Source: Bacillota bacterium (GTDB taxonomy: Bacteria > Bacillota > Halanaerobiia > Halanaerobiales > DATFIM01). Taken from it: 64,000 bases of DNA. The stretch spans positions 9,791 to 73,790 of the forward strand of contig JBNJDK010000002.1 in assembly GCA_051744805.1 (NCBI GenBank), written 5' to 3'. Every line of letters begins with the position of its first letter. Within the stretch, counting starts at the first letter, position 1. A program made the position numbers and the translations under genes. The notes beneath the pieces are model-generated. The model did no database searches, was not told the DNA's origin, and was given only the letters and a program-made list of their open reading frames with translations. Positions 47,230-58,287 of this stretch are shown here, in pieces.

Positions 47230-48076
47230 TTTTCTTACTCCTTAATTCAGTCAGAATTTCATTTTTGGCTTCTGATATTTTAAACAAGTCTGTTCTGACT
47301 TTTAAACCTCTATTTCGTAATTTATTTAAAATAAGGGTTATTTCTGGCAAATCCAATCCAAGTTTTTGTAACTTTTCCCTCTGACTGAATATTTTGCGTG
47401 GATGATCATCCATTACAATTTCACCTTCATCAAGGACTATAACTCTATTCGAAAGACGAGCTATTTCTTCCATACGATGGGAAATCAAAATTATTGTCAT
47501 TTTGTAATTTTGATGTAAATAATATAATAATTCTGTTAATCTTTCTCTACCTTTAGGATCAAGTCCTGCAGAAGGTTCATCTAAAATTAAAACTTCTGGA
47601 CCCATAGCTAAAACTCCAGCTATAGCTACCCGTCTTTGTTGCCCACCACTTAAATTAAATGGTGACCTGTCATTAAATTCTTCAAAATCAAGATTTACTA
47701 ATTCCATAGCTTCTTTAACCCTTTTATCAATCTTTTCTTTTGAAAGGTCAAGATTTTTTGGTCCAAAAGCTATATCTTCATAGACTGTTTCTTCAAATAA
47801 TTGATGTTCAGGATATTGAAAAACAAGACCAATTTTTCTTCTTATATCTTTCAAATTAACTTTTTCAGCATTCACTTGAATTCCATCTACATAAACTTCT
47901 CCATCACTGGGAGTAATTAATCCATTAAAAAGTTGAACAAGTGTAGATTTACCTGAGCCTGTGTGCCCAACTAACCCTATAAATTCATTTTTATCAATTG
48001 AGAGGTTAATATTATCAAGAGCCATTACATTTTGCTGTTCATAAATATGGGTAATATTTTTTAATTCAATTAACAT
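47219..48076 (-). CDS. ecfA2: ECF transporter ATPase component 2
   Basis: Walker A GHTGSGKST, signature LSGGQQRR, Walker B ILDEP. Confidence 0.93.
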   Translation of the reverse strand: MLIELKNITHIYEQQNVMALDNINLSIDKNEFIGLVGHTGSGKSTLVQLFNGLITPSDGEVYVDGIQVNAEKVNLKDIRRKIGLVFQYPEHQLFEETVYEDIAFGPKNLDLSKEKIDKRVKEAMELVNLDFEEFNDRSPFNLSGGQQRRVAIAGVLAMGPEVLILDEPSAGLDPKGRERLTELLYYLHQNYKMTIILISHRMEEIARLSNRVIVLDEGEIVMDDHPRKIFSQREKLQKLGLDLPEITLILNKLRNRGLKVRTDLFKISEAKNEILTELRSKKNVN

Positions 48077-48885
48077 AATGAATTCACCAGCTCATCTATT
48101 GACAGAACTTCTGGAATATTGACTCCAGATTTTCTTAGTTCATCTGCTAGTTTAACCACTTCTGGTACTGCCAAATCTATTTTTTCAAGTTCTTCTATAT
48201 CATGAAAAATTTCTTCAGGTGTCCCTCTTTTTACAATTTCTCCTTCAGACATAACAAGGATTTTATCTGCATATATTATTTCTTCCATAAAATGTGTAAT
48301 ATGAACAATAGTTATATTCTTGTTTTTATTTAGATTATGAATAGTATTCATAACTTCCTCTCGTCCTCGGGGATCTAGCATAGCAGTAGGCTCATCTAAG
48401 ACAATACAGACAGGTTCCATAGCAATAACCCCAGCTATAGCTACTCTTTGTTTTTGACCACCTGAGAGCTTGTGAGGAGCATGTTTTTGATAACCTTTCA
48501 TCTCCACAAGCTCTAATGCATGATCAACTCTTTTTCTAATTTCTGGACCTGGAATACCCAAATTTTCTGGTCCAAAAGCTACATCATCTTCTACCATACT
48601 GGCAACAAGTTGATTATCTGGATTTTGAAAAACCATACCAACTTCCTGTCGTATATTCCAGGTATTTTCATTATTTAAGGTAGAAAGTCCATCAATTAAA
48701 ACTTCTCCTTTATCAGGTTTAAGCAAAACATTAAGTAGTTTGGCCAGGGTTGACTTACCTGAACCATTAGCCCCGATCACTGCTACAAAATCACCCTTAT
48801 CCACATTTAAATTTATGTTTTTAAGGGCTGGTTTATCCATTTCATTGTAAGAAAAATTTACATTTTTGATTTCTATCAGGCTCAT
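48070..48885 (-). CDS. ecfA1: ECF transporter ATPase component 1
   Basis: Walker A GANGSGKST, LSGGQKQR, VLDEPT. Confidence 0.93.
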   Translation of the reverse strand: MSLIEIKNVNFSYNEMDKPALKNINLNVDKGDFVAVIGANGSGKSTLAKLLNVLLKPDKGEVLIDGLSTLNNENTWNIRQEVGMVFQNPDNQLVASMVEDDVAFGPENLGIPGPEIRKRVDHALELVEMKGYQKHAPHKLSGGQKQRVAIAGVIAMEPVCIVLDEPTAMLDPRGREEVMNTIHNLNKNKNITIVHITHFMEEIIYADKILVMSEGEIVKRGTPEEIFHDIEELEKIDLAVPEVVKLADELRKSGVNIPEVLSIDELVNSLC

Positions 48886-48907
48886 GATAACACCTACTAT
48901 TTCATAA

Positions 48908-49249
48908 TTATTCTACTAATTCAATCAAAGCCCTTTCTGCAGCATCTCCCTGGCGAGGATACATTTTAATAATTCTTGTATATCCACCTGGTCTATCACT
49001 GAATTTAGGACCTATTTCATCAAACAATTTACTTACTACTTCTTTATCTTTTATTCTCTTCATAACTTTGCGACGAGAATTAAGATCATTTGTCTTAGCA
49101 GTTGTAATCATCTTCTCAGCAATTGGTCTGAGATCTTTTGCTTTAGCCAAAGTTGTTTTGATTCTACCATGACGAAACAAATCTGTAAGCATATTGTTAA
49201 ACATTGCTTTACGATGAGAACTGTTTTTATTAAGCTTACGCATAACCAT
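48908..49249 (-). CDS. rplQ: 50S ribosomal protein L17
   Basis: [16 protein letters not shown]...L..H.RI.TT..KAKDLR. The start could instead be ATG 49243. Confidence 0.96.
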   Translation of the reverse strand: MVMRKLNKNSSHRKAMFNNMLTDLFRHGRIKTTLAKAKDLRPIAEKMITTAKTNDLNSRRKVMKRIKDKEVVSKLFDEIGPKFSDRPGGYTRIIKMYPRQGDAAERALIELVE

Positions 49250-49259
49250 CTTACCTCCT

Positions 49260-50204
49260 TTATACCTCTGGATCTTTTAAATCCAAATCAAGTTCATCTA
49301 ATTTATCTTTTATTTCTTGTAAAGATTTTTTACCAAGATTTCTAACCTTCATAAGGTCATCTTCTGTTTTGTCTACAAGTTCTTCTACTGTATTTATTCC
49401 AGCTCTTTTAAGACAATTAGAGGAACGAACTGATAACTCTAATTCTTCAATTGTAGTATCTAATATTTGATTTCTTTCTTCTTCTTCTTTTTCAACCATT
49501 ATTTCTACATCATCAATTTCATCAGTTAAATTAATGAAAAGATCAAGATGTTCTACCATAATTTTTGCTGAAAGACTTATAGCATCATCAGGTGTTATAC
49601 TTCCATTTGTAAGCACTTCTAAAATCAACCTATCAAAATCAGTCACCTGACCAACTCTTGTATCTTCTACATTAAAATTAGCTCTAACAACTGGACTAAA
49701 TGAAGAATCTATTGGAATTAAACCAATTATTTTATCAAAATGTTTTTGGTTTTCCTCAGCACTTACATAACCTCTACCTTTTTCTACAGTTGCTTCAAGC
49801 ATAAGATCACTACCAGCAGCCATTGTTGCAATATGATGATCTTTATTTACTATTTTGAGATTACCAGGAGTTATGAAATCACCAGCAGTAACTTCACCTT
49901 CTCCTTCAGCTTCAATTCTTATTTTTTCTATTTCTTCACCATCATAATCAATAACTACTTCTTTTAAATTAAGAATAATTTCTGTCACATCTTCTTTTAT
50001 ACCTTCAATTGATGTAAATTCATGTTCAACACCTTCAATCTTAACAGAAGTTATAGCAGCCCCAGGTAAAGAAGATAAAAGAACTCTTCTTAGTGCATTA
50101 CCAAGAGTTATACCATATCCTCTTTCTAAAGGTGCAATTTCAAATTCACCATAAAATTCATCACTATCTACTCTCTCTATTTGAGGTTTTTCTATTTCAA
50201 TCAT
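49260..50204 (-). CDS. rpoA: DNA-directed RNA polymerase subunit alpha
   Basis: [30 protein letters not shown] and the C-terminal domain [19 protein letters not shown]. Confidence 0.98.
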   Translation of the reverse strand: MIEIEKPQIERVDSDEFYGEFEIAPLERGYGITLGNALRRVLLSSLPGAAITSVKIEGVEHEFTSIEGIKEDVTEIILNLKEVVIDYDGEEIEKIRIEAEGEGEVTAGDFITPGNLKIVNKDHHIATMAAGSDLMLEATVEKGRGYVSAEENQKHFDKIIGLIPIDSSFSPVVRANFNVEDTRVGQVTDFDRLILEVLTNGSITPDDAISLSAKIMVEHLDLFINLTDEIDDVEIMVEKEEEERNQILDTTIEELELSVRSSNCLKRAGINTVEELVDKTEDDLMKVRNLGKKSLQEIKDKLDELDLDLKDPEV

Positions 50205-50261
50205 TTATAATTATACCCTCCTTCTATTATCTGTTTTGTCTGGTACTGAGGGCACTATTTA

Positions 50262-50888
50262 TTAACGTGAATAAAACTCAACAATTAAGTGTTCCTCTAT
50301 TGGATGATCAATATCTTCACGTTCCGGCATAGAGACAATATTACCTTCAGCTTTTTCCAGATCTACACTCAACCAGGCTGGTGGAGTAAGTTCTGCATTA
50401 TATTCAAGAATCTCTTTGAAATGATCATTTTTTCTACTTGAATCCTTCAGACTTACAACATCTCCTTCATCTACTCTATATGAAGGAACATCAACCTTAC
50501 GGTCATTTACAAGAATATGTCCATGAAGAACAAATTGTCTTGCTTCATTTCTGGAACTAGCAAAACCTAATCTATAAACGACATTATCAAGTCTTCTTTC
50601 TAAGAGTTTTAAGAAATTTTCACCTGTAATTCCTCTCATTCTTTCAGCTTCTTCAAAATAATTTTCGAACTGTTTCTCAACCATTCCGTAAATTTTACGT
50701 ACTTTCTGTTTTTCTCGTAATTGTAGACCATATTCTGATGTTTTTCTTCTCCCCTGTCCTTGCTCACCTGGAGCATAAGGACGGCGATCAAAAGAACATT
50801 TATCACTATAGCAACGAGCTCCTTTGAGATATAATTTTTCTCCTTCAGCTCGGCATAATTTGCATACTGGTCCTGTATATCTTGCCAT
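50262..50888 (-). CDS. rpsD: 30S ribosomal protein S4
   Basis: [23 protein letters not shown]. Start moved to ATG 50888 (GGAGGTG SD). Confidence 0.97.
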   Translation of the reverse strand: MARYTGPVCKLCRAEGEKLYLKGARCYSDKCSFDRRPYAPGEQGQGRRKTSEYGLQLREKQKVRKIYGMVEKQFENYFEEAERMRGITGENFLKLLERRLDNVVYRLGFASSRNEARQFVLHGHILVNDRKVDVPSYRVDEGDVVSLKDSSRKNDHFKEILEYNAELTPPAWLSVDLEKAEGNIVSMPEREDIDHPIEEHLIVEFYSR

Positions 50889-50943
50889 TTTTACACCTCC
50901 ATTTTCAATAATTGACAAGTTTTATTTTATCATTTTATTTTAA

Positions 50944-51333
50944 TTAAACACGACGTCTTTTAGGTGGACGACAACCATTATGAGGGATGGGAGTTATATC
51001 TTTAATTAAACTAATATTTAAACCAGCAGACTGTAGAGACCTAATTGCAGATTCTCTACCAGAACCTGGACCTTTTACAAAAATCTGAATATCTTTTAAT
51101 CCCATTTCTTTTGCCTCATCAGCAACATCTTCTGCTGCTATTTGAGCAGCAAAGGGTGTACTTTTTCTGGAACCTTCATAACCAACTTTACCTGCACTTG
51201 ACCAGGCTACTACATTACCTTCCAAATCAGTAATTGTAATTATAGTATTATTGAAAGTTGATTTTATATGAGCCTGTCCTTTTTCAATATTTCTTTTTAT
51301 TTTTTTCCTACGTTTTTTCTTGTTTTTAGCCAT
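50944..51333 (-). CDS. rpsK: 30S ribosomal protein S11
   Basis: G.AHI.STFNNTI.TITD..GN...W.SAG; C-terminal ..[17 protein letters not shown]. Start ATG 51333. Confidence 0.97.
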   Translation of the reverse strand: MAKNKKKRRKKIKRNIEKGQAHIKSTFNNTIITITDLEGNVVAWSSAGKVGYEGSRKSTPFAAQIAAEDVADEAKEMGLKDIQIFVKGPGSGRESAIRSLQSAGLNISLIKDITPIPHNGCRPPKRRRV

Positions 51334-51374
51334 CAATTTCCCTCCTTTATCTGAGAGTACTGAGCAAAATTAAT

Positions 51375-51728
51375 TTATTTAACAGGATTTTTAGGACCCT
51401 TACGTGTTCTTGCATTAGTTTGTGTATTTTGACCACGAACTGGAAGTCCCTTACGATGTCTTAAACCGCGATATGATCCTATATCTTTAAGTCTCTTTAT
51501 ATCTGCTCTTACCTGGCGACGTAATTCTCCTTCAACCATATAATTATCAAGTTCTTCTCTGAGTTTAGATATCTCTGCTTCAGTTAAATCTTTAACACGA
51601 GTATCATAATCAATACCTGTAGTGTCAAGAATTTCTTGAGCACGAGAACGACCTATCCCATATATATATGTTAATCCAATTTCAACTCTTTTATTTTTAG
51701 GAAGATCGACACCTTCAAGTCTTGCCAT
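51375..51728 (-). CDS. rpsM: 30S ribosomal protein S13
   Basis: [27 protein letters not shown]. Confidence 0.98.
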   Translation of the reverse strand: MARLEGVDLPKNKRVEIGLTYIYGIGRSRAQEILDTTGIDYDTRVKDLTEAEISKLREELDNYMVEGELRRQVRADIKRLKDIGSYRGLRHRKGLPVRGQNTQTNARTRKGPKNPVK

Positions 51729-51751
51729 TTTTTCACCTCCAGTGTTTTTAT

Positions 51752-51865
51752 TTAACCCTGACGTTGTTTATGCTTGGGGTTTTCACAGATAACCATAACC
51801 TTACCATTCCTTCTGATTACCTTACATTTATCACATATTGGTTTTACTGAAGACCTTACCTTCAT
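51752..51865 (-). CDS. rpmJ: 50S ribosomal protein L36 (Zn-binding C+ form)
   Basis: Own translation: [37 protein letters not shown] (37 aa). Below the ORF-track size cut-off. Confidence 0.97.
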   Translation of the reverse strand: MKVRSSVKPICDKCKVIRRNGKVMVICENPKHKQRQG

Positions 51866-51877
51866 TAATATCCCCCC

Positions 51878-52102
51878 TTAATTTGCTTTATGGCGATATG
51901 TTATTCTGCCACGATCAAGGTCATAAGGAGATAACTCAACAGTTACCTTATCTCCTGGTAAAATACGGATAAAATTCATCCTCATTTTTCCAGAGACATG
52001 GGCTAACACCTTATGCCCATTATCTAATTCAACTCTAAACATAGCATTAGGAAGCGATTCAACAACTGTTCCTTGAACTTCAATAGGTTCTTCTTTTGCC
52101 AT
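51878..52102 (-). CDS. infA: Translation initiation factor IF-1
   Basis: [38 protein letters not shown]...[22 protein letters not shown]. Confidence 0.98.
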   Translation of the reverse strand: MAKEEPIEVQGTVVESLPNAMFRVELDNGHKVLAHVSGKMRMNFIRILPGDKVTVELSPYDLDRGRITYRHKAN

Positions 52103-52105
52103 AGT

Positions 52106-52387
52106 TTATTTTGCCTCCTTATTATCTTCAAAATCTTTAATAACTAACTTAACATCTTCATTACGGACCCGTTTGCCTTTTTTTAACCACAATTTGAGTT
52201 CTTCTGCAACAAAACCTGTTTTTTCTAAGTGTTTTATATTTTTCTTCTTAGGATTATTCATTTTTCTTTTTTTACCATCAACTACTTCTATAAATTTATT
52301 ATTAACGTTTTTTGTGACTAAATAATATTGGTCTTTATCTCTTCCTGCATTTGATTTTACAATTTCACCTAATTCAAATGGCAACAT
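52106..52387 (-). CDS. KOW-domain small RNA-binding protein (conserved between map and infA in Firmicutes)
   Basis: G.IV.S.AGRDK..YY.V.....N.FIEVVDGK.RK..NPKKKN.KHL. Start moved to ATG 52387 (GAGGTG, 9 nt). Confidence 0.75.
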   Translation of the reverse strand: MLPFELGEIVKSNAGRDKDQYYLVTKNVNNKFIEVVDGKKRKMNNPKKKNIKHLEKTGFVAEELKLWLKKGKRVRNEDVKLVIKDFEDNKEAK

Positions 52388-52466
52388 TTCAATAAACACC
52401 TCATTATATCTACCAAAATTTCCTTGCTTATTATATCATATTTTGTCTAAAATGTGTAATTGTATA

Positions 52467-53216
52467 TTATATTTTACTTAAAATTTCTGGTTTATTATCT
52501 GTTATAGCAATAGTATGTTCAAAATGTGCAGAAAAACTTTTATCTTTAGTAACTACAGTCCAGCCATCATCAAGTGTTTCCACTTCATAATCACCTATAT
52601 TAACCATAGGTTCTATAGCTAAAGTCATACCCGTTTTTAAAATGGGTCCTCTACCAGGAGGCCCGAAATTAGGTATCTGTGGATCTTCATGCATATCTCT
52701 ACCAATTCCATGTCCAACATAGTCCCTAACTACTGAAAATCCATTACCTTCAACATGTTTTTGAACAGCATTAGAAATATCAGTTAATCGATTACCTTTT
52801 ACAGCCTGTTCAATACCGAGCATTAAAGATTTTTCAGTAACTTCTAATAATCTCTGAACTTTTTCATCAACATCACCAACTGCAACTGTCCGAGCTGCAT
52901 CACCATTAAAACCTTGATATAAAGTTCCTATATCAATACTTACTATATCACCTGAATTAAGAATTCGTCTTTCATCAGGTATACCATGGACAACTTCTTC
53001 ATTGATTGAAACACATACAGCAGCTGGAAAACCTTGATAATCTTTAAAAGAAGGTATTGCATTTTTGTTTCTTATAAATTCATCAGCTAATTTATTAATA
53101 TCAGCTGTACTAATACCTGGCTCTATTTTTTCTGCAAGATATTCATGTGTTTCAGCTACAATTTTATTGGCATCTCTCATTAAATTAATTTCTCTAGGAG
53201 ATTTTAAAATAATCAT
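52467..53216 (-). CDS. map: Type I methionine aminopeptidase
   Basis: VCVSINEEVVHGIP, D.G....G..GD.A.T, GHGIG...HE.P, E.T. Confidence 0.97.
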   Translation of the reverse strand: MIILKSPREINLMRDANKIVAETHEYLAEKIEPGISTADINKLADEFIRNKNAIPSFKDYQGFPAAVCVSINEEVVHGIPDERRILNSGDIVSIDIGTLYQGFNGDAARTVAVGDVDEKVQRLLEVTEKSLMLGIEQAVKGNRLTDISNAVQKHVEGNGFSVVRDYVGHGIGRDMHEDPQIPNFGPPGRGPILKTGMTLAIEPMVNIGDYEVETLDDGWTVVTKDKSFSAHFEHTIAITDNKPEILSKI

Positions 53217-53866
53217 TACCTATTCTCCTCTATAACTGAAGTTACTTTTTCAAAAACCTCATCAATTCCAGCACTGCTTTCAATAGTTTCCAGTAAACCT
53301 TCATCTTTATAATAATTTATCAGTTTTTCGGTCTTTTCTCTATTAACTTCAATTCTATTTTTCACAGTTTCTTCTTTATCATCACTTCTTTGAATCAATT
53401 TGCCTCCACATTTATCACAAATTCCTTCTTTTTCTGGAGGATTAAATTCAACATGATAAGTTGCACCACAATCTTCACAAACTCTTCTTCCCGATAATCT
53501 TTTTATCAATTCTTTTTCTGGAACTTTAATATATAATGCCAGATCTAGTTCTGTATTTAATTCTTCCAAAATTTTATCTAGAGCTTCAGCCTGGTTTATT
53601 GTTCTAGGGAACCCATCCAATATAAAACCTTTTTTGCAATCATCTTCTTGCAAACGATTTCTTACTATTCCAATAGTTACTTCATCGGGAACAAGTTCAC
53701 CTTTATCAATATAACTTTTAGCTTTTCTCCCTAGCGGAGTTTCATTTTTAATTGCATTTCTAAAAATATCACCTGTTGCTATGTGTGGAATATCATATTT
53801 AGTACTTACTTTTTTGGCCTGAGTTCCTTTACCAGCACCAGGTAATCCTAGAAAAATCATATTCAT
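53216..53866 (-). CDS. adk: Adenylate kinase (Zn-lid type)
   Basis: MNMIFLGLPGAGKGTQA; lid CEDCGATYH...CDKCGG. Start moved to ATG 53866 (GGGAGG, 8 nt). Confidence 0.96.
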   Translation of the reverse strand: MNMIFLGLPGAGKGTQAKKVSTKYDIPHIATGDIFRNAIKNETPLGRKAKSYIDKGELVPDEVTIGIVRNRLQEDDCKKGFILDGFPRTINQAEALDKILEELNTELDLALYIKVPEKELIKRLSGRRVCEDCGATYHVEFNPPEKEGICDKCGGKLIQRSDDKEETVKNRIEVNREKTEKLINYYKDEGLLETIESSAGIDEVFEKVTSVIEENR

Positions 53867-53879
53867 TTCATATTCCTCC

Positions 53880-55148
53880 CTAATCCATAAATCCTTCATA
53901 ATGTCTCATTAAGAGATGGGATTCAATTTGCTGCATTGTCTGCAGTGCTACACCTGTCATAATTAAAAGTGATGTACCACCAAAACTAATATTAACACCT
54001 GTTAGTGGTTTTATGGCAAATGGTAATAATGCAACTGCAGTCAAGAATAATGCTCCTGCAAGAGTTACTCTCACAAGAATTTTATCAAGATAATTTATTG
54101 TAGATTTACCTGGTCTGATTCCAGGAATAAATCCACCATATTTTTTCATATTATCAGCAACTTCTTCTGGATTAAAAGTAATAGCTGTGTAAAAATAGGT
54201 GAAAAATAAAATCATAAGTGCATATAAAACCATATATAAGGTTGAACCAGGTTGAATTGCATTTGCAACACCCTGGGCCCATTGATATGGAATTACTTTA
54301 GCTATAACCCCTGGAAATAGGAGTACAGATGATGCGAAAATAACCGGTATTACACCAGCCTGATTAACCTTCATTGGTATATGAGTACTTCTACCACCAT
54401 ATACTTTTCTCCCAACTACTCTTTTTGAATATTGAACAGGAATTCTTCTTTCACCTTCCTGAACGAAGATAACACCTGCTATTATAGCTACAGCCAATAC
54501 TACAAATAATAAGATATTGAAAACTGAAACACTACCTGCCTGGAATAATTTATAAGTATTATAAATATCTCCTGGGAATCTTGAAATAATTGAAGTAAAA
54601 ATAATTATTGAAATACCATTACCAATTCCCTTTTCATTAATCTGTTCACCTAACCAGATCAAAAATGATGTACCGGCAGTTAAACTCACTACAATTAAAA
54701 TTATATTAAATAAACTCTCATTTTCTACTGCCCCAAAACTTCTAATAAATGAAGTAATCCCAAATGACTGTACTACAGCTAACACTACAGCTCCATAACG
54801 AGTATATTGAGCAATTTTCTTTTTTCCTTCTCTACCCTGTTTAGAAAGCTCTTCAAGTTTTGGAATAACAACAGTCAATAGATTCAAAATAATAGAAGCA
54901 GTAATATAAGGAGTAATACTCATTGCAAATATGGTAAAGTTTCTTAAAGCACCACCGGCAAATAAGTCTAAAAACTCAAATACACCACCACTACTTCCAG
55001 CAAATAATTGCTGTTGAATAACTTCGGCATCTACACCAGGCACAGGAATATGTGCACCTAAACGATAGACCACCATCATTGCCAAGACAAAAAGAACTTT
55101 CTTTCGCAGTTCTTTTACTTTAAAAACGTTTCCTAGAGCCTTTAACAA
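53880..55148 (-). CDS. secY: Preprotein translocase subunit SecY
   Basis: 10-TM protein in the rplO-secY-adk position, with the C-terminal ..QQIESHL..R.YEGF. TTG start after AGAGGTGA. Confidence 0.97.
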   Translation of the reverse strand: MLKALGNVFKVKELRKKVLFVLAMMVVYRLGAHIPVPGVDAEVIQQQLFAGSSGGVFEFLDLFAGGALRNFTIFAMSITPYITASIILNLLTVVIPKLEELSKQGREGKKKIAQYTRYGAVVLAVVQSFGITSFIRSFGAVENESLFNIILIVVSLTAGTSFLIWLGEQINEKGIGNGISIIIFTSIISRFPGDIYNTYKLFQAGSVSVFNILLFVVLAVAIIAGVIFVQEGERRIPVQYSKRVVGRKVYGGRSTHIPMKVNQAGVIPVIFASSVLLFPGVIAKVIPYQWAQGVANAIQPGSTLYMVLYALMILFFTYFYTAITFNPEEVADNMKKYGGFIPGIRPGKSTINYLDKILVRVTLAGALFLTAVALLPFAIKPLTGVNISFGGTSLLIMTGVALQTMQQIESHLLMRHYEGFMD

Positions 55149-55149
55149 C

Positions 55150-55593
55150 TTAAATCACCTCTGCCTTTCCTCCAGCTTCTTCGATTATTTCTTTTGCAGA
55201 TCTGCTAAAAGCATGTGCCTTTATGGTAAGTGATTTTTCAAGTAAACCAGTTCCAAGAATTTTGACACCTGATTTAGCAACTTTATCAATAATTCCATGT
55301 TCCTTAAGCACTTCAGGAGTTATCTCTTTTCCCTCTTCAAAACGATCTAATTGATAAACATTAACTATACTGAACTCTTTTTTATTTTTGTTATTAAAAC
55401 CTCGTTTTGGTAAACGACGGAAAAGAGGTGTTTGACCACCTTCAAAAGTAGGTCTTACTAAACCACCAGAACGAGAATTCTGTCCATTTGCTCCACGGCC
55501 AGATGTATAACCATTTCCTGAGCCCATTCCTCTACCCACACGCTTTCGCTTGGATTTTGAGCCAGGGGCTGGTTTCAGATCATGTAATTTCAC
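55150..55593 (-). CDS. rplO: 50S ribosomal protein L15
   Basis: [11 protein letters not shown]...RKRVGRG.GSG.G.T.GRG..GQ.SRSG. Confidence 0.97.
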   Translation of the reverse strand: MKLHDLKPAPGSKSKRKRVGRGMGSGNGYTSGRGANGQNSRSGGLVRPTFEGGQTPLFRRLPKRGFNNKNKKEFSIVNVYQLDRFEEGKEITPEVLKEHGIIDKVAKSGVKILGTGLLEKSLTIKAHAFSRSAKEIIEEAGGKAEVI

Positions 55594-55618
55594 TGACTAC
55601 ACCTCCTCAAATTTTTAT

Positions 55619-56119
55619 TTATCCTAATAATTCTTCTACACTTTTGCCTCTTAATTCGGCAACTTTTTCAGCTCTTTTTAAATTGTCTAATCCAGTCATT
55701 GTTGCATTTATCATATTGATTGGATTTGAAGTTCCAAGTGATTTTGTCAAAATGTCTTCAATCCCAGCAAGTTCTATTACTGCACGAACGGGACCACCGG
55801 CTATAACACCAGTACCTGGAGCGGCTGGTTTTAATAATACTCTACCTGCCCCAAAAACACCAGTAATTTCATGAGGTATAGTAGTTTCAACAATAGGTAC
55901 ATTAATCAAATTTTTCTTAGCTTCATCAATACCTTTTCTGATAGCTTCTGGAACTTCATTGGCTTTTCCAATACCTGAGCCAACATGTCCTTCTCCATCG
56001 CCAACTACTACTAGGGCACTAAAACTAAAACGACGCCCACCTTTAACTACCTTAGAAACCCGGTTTATATTAACAACACGTTCGTCCAAATCCAGCTTTC
56101 CTGGATCTATTTTACTCAT
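55619..56119 (-). CDS. rpsE: 30S ribosomal protein S5
   Basis: [35 protein letters not shown]. Confidence 0.98.
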   Translation of the reverse strand: MSKIDPGKLDLDERVVNINRVSKVVKGGRRFSFSALVVVGDGEGHVGSGIGKANEVPEAIRKGIDEAKKNLINVPIVETTIPHEITGVFGAGRVLLKPAAPGTGVIAGGPVRAVIELAGIEDILTKSLGTSNPINMINATMTGLDNLKRAEKVAELRGKSVEELLG

Positions 56120-56135
56120 ATAATTACCTCCTTCG

Positions 56136-56492
56136 TTAAAATTTCAGTCCTTCTTCACGAGCAGCTTCAGCTAAAGCTTTTATCCTACCGTGATATTTAT
56201 TACCAGCTCTATCAAAAACAACCTCTTCAATATCATTTTCTAGTGCACGTTCTGCTGCCAGTTTACCGACCTTTTTAGCTGCTTCTTTATTTCCACCGTT
56301 TTCAATTGAATCTCTAATTTCAGGATCCAAACTGGAAGCAGAAACGAGAGTATGGCCGGCCAGATCATCAATGATCTGCACAGAAATGTTTTTCAAACTC
56401 CGATTAACGCACATTCTAGGTTGATTTGGTGTACCCTGTATTTTATTTCTGATGCGCAGATGTCTTTTCTTTCTGGCTGATCTTTTAGTCAT
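56136..56492 (-). CDS. rplR: 50S ribosomal protein L18
   Basis: R.KRH.RIR.K..GT...PR..V.RS.K.I..Q.IDD ... FDR.G..YHGR.KALA.AARE.GL.F. Confidence 0.98.
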   Translation of the reverse strand: MTKRSARKKRHLRIRNKIQGTPNQPRMCVNRSLKNISVQIIDDLAGHTLVSASSLDPEIRDSIENGGNKEAAKKVGKLAAERALENDIEEVVFDRAGNKYHGRIKALAEAAREEGLKF

Positions 56493-56510
56493 TGTTAATC
56501 ACTCCCTTTC

Positions 56511-57044
56511 TTAACCAGTTTTACCAACTTTACGTCTAATGTGTTCACCAACATATTTAATACCTTTACCTTTATAAGGTTCTGGTTTTCTTATTGCTCT
56601 AATTTGAGCAGCAACTTCACCTACTTGCTGTTTATCTATTCCTTTTACAATAATTTTATTTTTCTTTCCTACTTCAAATTCTATTTTTTCAGGTGCTTCA
56701 ACTAAAACAGGGTGGGAAAATCCAACTTCAACTTCCAAATCTCCACCTTTAATTTGGGCTCCATAACCTACCCCAACCATTTCAAGTTCTTTTGAATAAC
56801 CATCTACTACACCGATAATCATATTTTCAATAACACTTCTTGTTAAACCATGAATAGAACGTGCTTCTTTATCATTACCTTTTCGTTCTACTATTACTTC
56901 ATCTTCTTCTACATGTACATCAACTTTCGGAGATAAATCATGGTTTAATTCACCTTTAGGCCCTTTTACATTAATACTATCATCATTTACAACTATATCA
57001 ACATCATCGGGTATTTCTACAGGCTGTTTTCCTATACGAGACAT
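56511..57044 (-). CDS. rplF: 50S ribosomal protein L6
   Basis: MSRIGKQPVEIP..V.......V.V.GPKG.L. Start moved to ATG 57044 (GGAGGTG SD). Confidence 0.97.
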   Translation of the reverse strand: MSRIGKQPVEIPDDVDIVVNDDSINVKGPKGELNHDLSPKVDVHVEEDEVIVERKGNDKEARSIHGLTRSVIENMIIGVVDGYSKELEMVGVGYGAQIKGGDLEVEVGFSHPVLVEAPEKIEFEVGKKNKIIVKGIDKQQVGEVAAQIRAIRKPEPYKGKGIKYVGEHIRRKVGKTG

Positions 57045-57088
57045 TCGCGTCACCTCCATCATTTATTCAATAAAATTATCTTTCTATA

Positions 57089-57484
57089 TTACCAAACATA
57101 ACAGAGGACTTCTCCTCCAACACCCTTTTCACGGGCTTCTTTTCCAGTAATTACACCACTTGAAGTTGAAAGAACAGCTATACCTAAACCTCCAAGAACC
57201 TTAGGAATTTCATCTTTATCTACATATACCCTGAGTCCAGGCTTACTTATTCTTTTTATACCAGAAATAACTTTTTCATCATTATCACCATATTTAAGAT
57301 AGACACGTACATCATTTTGAGGATACTTTTCTATGAGTTTAACATCATTAATAAATCCTTCTCTTTTTAAAACTTTAGCAATATTATATTTCAATTTGGA
57401 CATTGGTATATTTACAGTTTTCTTATCAGTGTTATTAGCATTACGAATACGAGTCAGCATATCAGCAATTGTATCTGTATGCAT
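57089..57484 (-). CDS. rpsH: 30S ribosomal protein S8
   Basis: [13 protein letters not shown]...K....IP.SK.K..IA.VLK.EGFI; C-terminal GGE.LCYVW. Confidence 0.98.
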   Translation of the reverse strand: MHTDTIADMLTRIRNANNTDKKTVNIPMSKLKYNIAKVLKREGFINDVKLIEKYPQNDVRVYLKYGDNDEKVISGIKRISKPGLRVYVDKDEIPKVLGGLGIAVLSTSSGVITGKEAREKGVGGEVLCYVW

Positions 57485-57504
57485 TTTAAAACCTCCTTTC
57501 TATT

Positions 57505-57690
57505 TTACCAGCTTGCCTTTTTCACTCCAGGAATCTCACCTTTATGCGCTAATTCTCTAAAACAAATTCTGCAAAGATCAAATTTGCGCATATATCCTCT
57601 AGATCTTCCACAGCGACTACATCTATTGTTTTTTCTTGTAGAATACTTCGGTTCCTTTTTAGCCTTTTCAACTAAAGCTTTACGAGCCAC
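57505..57690 (-). CDS. rpsN: 30S ribosomal protein S14, type Z (Zn-binding)
   Basis: 61 aa; [31 protein letters not shown]. Confidence 0.97.
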   Translation of the reverse strand: MARKALVEKAKKEPKYSTRKNNRCSRCGRSRGYMRKFDLCRICFRELAHKGEIPGVKKASW

Positions 57691-57716
57691 TAAATATCCC
57701 TCCTTAGGAATTCAAT

Positions 57717-58256
57717 TTATTTACGAAAAGGCATTCCCATTAAATCAAGTAATTCAAAGGCCTCTTCATCACTTTCAGCTGAAGTTACAATTGTAACTTC
57801 TAAACCGTGTACTTTATTTACATCATCAACATTGATTTCTGGAAATACAGTATGTTCTTTGATACCCAAACTATAATTTCCTCTTCCATCAAATGAATCA
57901 GCAGAAACTCCTCTAAAATCACGAATCCTTGGTAAAGTAACAGAAATCAACTTGTAAAGAAACTCATACATAATTTCACCACGTAATGTAACCTTTACCC
58001 CAATTGGCATTCCTTCTCTAATTTTAAAATTAGCAATTGAAGTTTTAGATCTTGTTACTGTTGGTTGCTGACCTGTTATTTTTGCTATATCTTCCACAAC
58101 TGAATCTAAAAGTTTTGGATCTTCTTTAGCATCACCAAGGCCGACATTAATTGATATTTTTTCAACTTCAGGAATTTCCATTATATTATCATAATCAAAT
58201 TTTTCCTTTAACTTAGGCATTATTTCATCCTTATATGTTTCCGCTAATACGGCCAT
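57717..58256 (-). CDS. rplE: 50S ribosomal protein L5
   Basis: NIM.IP...KI.IN.G.G.A ... GMPIG.KVTLRG..MYEFL.KL. Confidence 0.98.
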   Translation of the reverse strand: MAVLAETYKDEIMPKLKEKFDYDNIMEIPEVEKISINVGLGDAKEDPKLLDSVVEDIAKITGQQPTVTRSKTSIANFKIREGMPIGVKVTLRGEIMYEFLYKLISVTLPRIRDFRGVSADSFDGRGNYSLGIKEHTVFPEINVDDVNKVHGLEVTIVTSAESDEEAFELLDLMGMPFRK

Positions 58257-58287
58257 GCCTACTAAACCTCCTTTTTATCAATATCAT

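Noticed and set aside
55488-55874. 128-aa plus-strand ORF antisense to rplO/rpsE. Similar antisense ORFs occur at 57479-57796, 59546-59824, 61935-62135, 36703-36966, 9198-9476 and 28643-28927.
   Set aside because: These are shadow ORFs opposite highly conserved genes. They show no ribosome-binding sites and no recognisable motifs, so the conserved minus-strand genes explain the open frames.
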